From NCBI RefSeq assembly GCF_018977255.1, contig NW_024705392.1:1-48995 (forward strand): DNA of 48,995 nucleotides, given 5' to 3'. The stretch comes from Callorhinchus milii (taxonomy: Eukaryota). The notes beneath the pieces were generated by a model, which saw only the letters and a program-made list of their open reading frames with translations, was not told the DNA's origin and did no database searches. The translations under genes and the position numbers were made by a program. Shown here one piece after another: positions 48,734-48,995 of this stretch. Each line of letters starts with the position of its first letter. Within the stretch, counting starts at the first letter, position 1.

Positions 48734-48995
48734 ATGCGCTCCAGAAACCCACCATTTCCCTGGAGCCAAATTCCCGGGTGTTTGTGAGAGGGGAAATGGC
48801 TCAGATCTCGTGTTCAGGGAATTATCGTGGCAGCAACTTCTCTTCATACAGAGACGGCGAGTCTATCACATCACAACCAGCTCCGGGGAATAGCAACGCG
48901 GCCACGTTCCCCCCATCGGAGATTAGGGCAGGAAATCACTGGTGTCAATATACTACACTCGTGGGCGGCCGAGAGCTCACATCACCAGAGAGCGA
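48734..48995 (+). CDS. Ig-like C2-type domain exon resembling LRC-family (LILR/KIR/A1BG/IGSF1) domains; copy B; truncated by the window end
   Basis: Acceptor gtttttattgcag, phase 1: (D)ALQKPTISLEPNSRVFVRGEMAQISCSGNYRGSNFSSYRDGESITSQPAPGNSNAATFPPSEIRAGNHWCQYTTLVGGRELTSPES. Matches the LxKPTIS...GE...I.C...F.xY...ATF...G.xC.Y...S..S pattern; open to the window end. Not in the supplied ORF track. Confidence 0.85.

Overview
Vertebrate genomic DNA, very repeat-rich. The tRNA-headed Deu-type SINEs with an L2-like tail, plus CR1 and L2 LINEs, suggest a cartilaginous fish; this is inferred from repeat style and was not verified. The window is built around a large inverted segmental duplication: left arm 1 to ~15,755 (runs off the left edge) and right arm ~29,978 to ~47,027 (inner end next to an N gap at 29,873-29,902). 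Each arm carries one copy of an outward-transcribed immune-type receptor gene with a 28-nt ATG leader exon, a 36-nt leader mini-exon and a single-exon six-cysteine SRCR domain. In the right copy these are followed by an LRC-like (LILR/KIR/A1BG/IGSF1-type) Ig C2 exon, and all junctions are phase 1. The left copy looks intact as far as visible. The right SRCR exon is frameshifted by a 5'-truncated L2 insertion with a 6-bp target-site duplication (TSD). The unique spacer holds a divergent CALHM-family gene (two coding exons visible, C-terminal part missing), preceded by ISRE, NF-kB and ETS motifs. Both arms also contain decayed, internally duplicated exon-like blocks of unknown identity. Almost all long ORFs in the supplied track are artefacts of microsatellite-derived satellites. 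All alignments were done by eye, and repeat boundaries are approximate.
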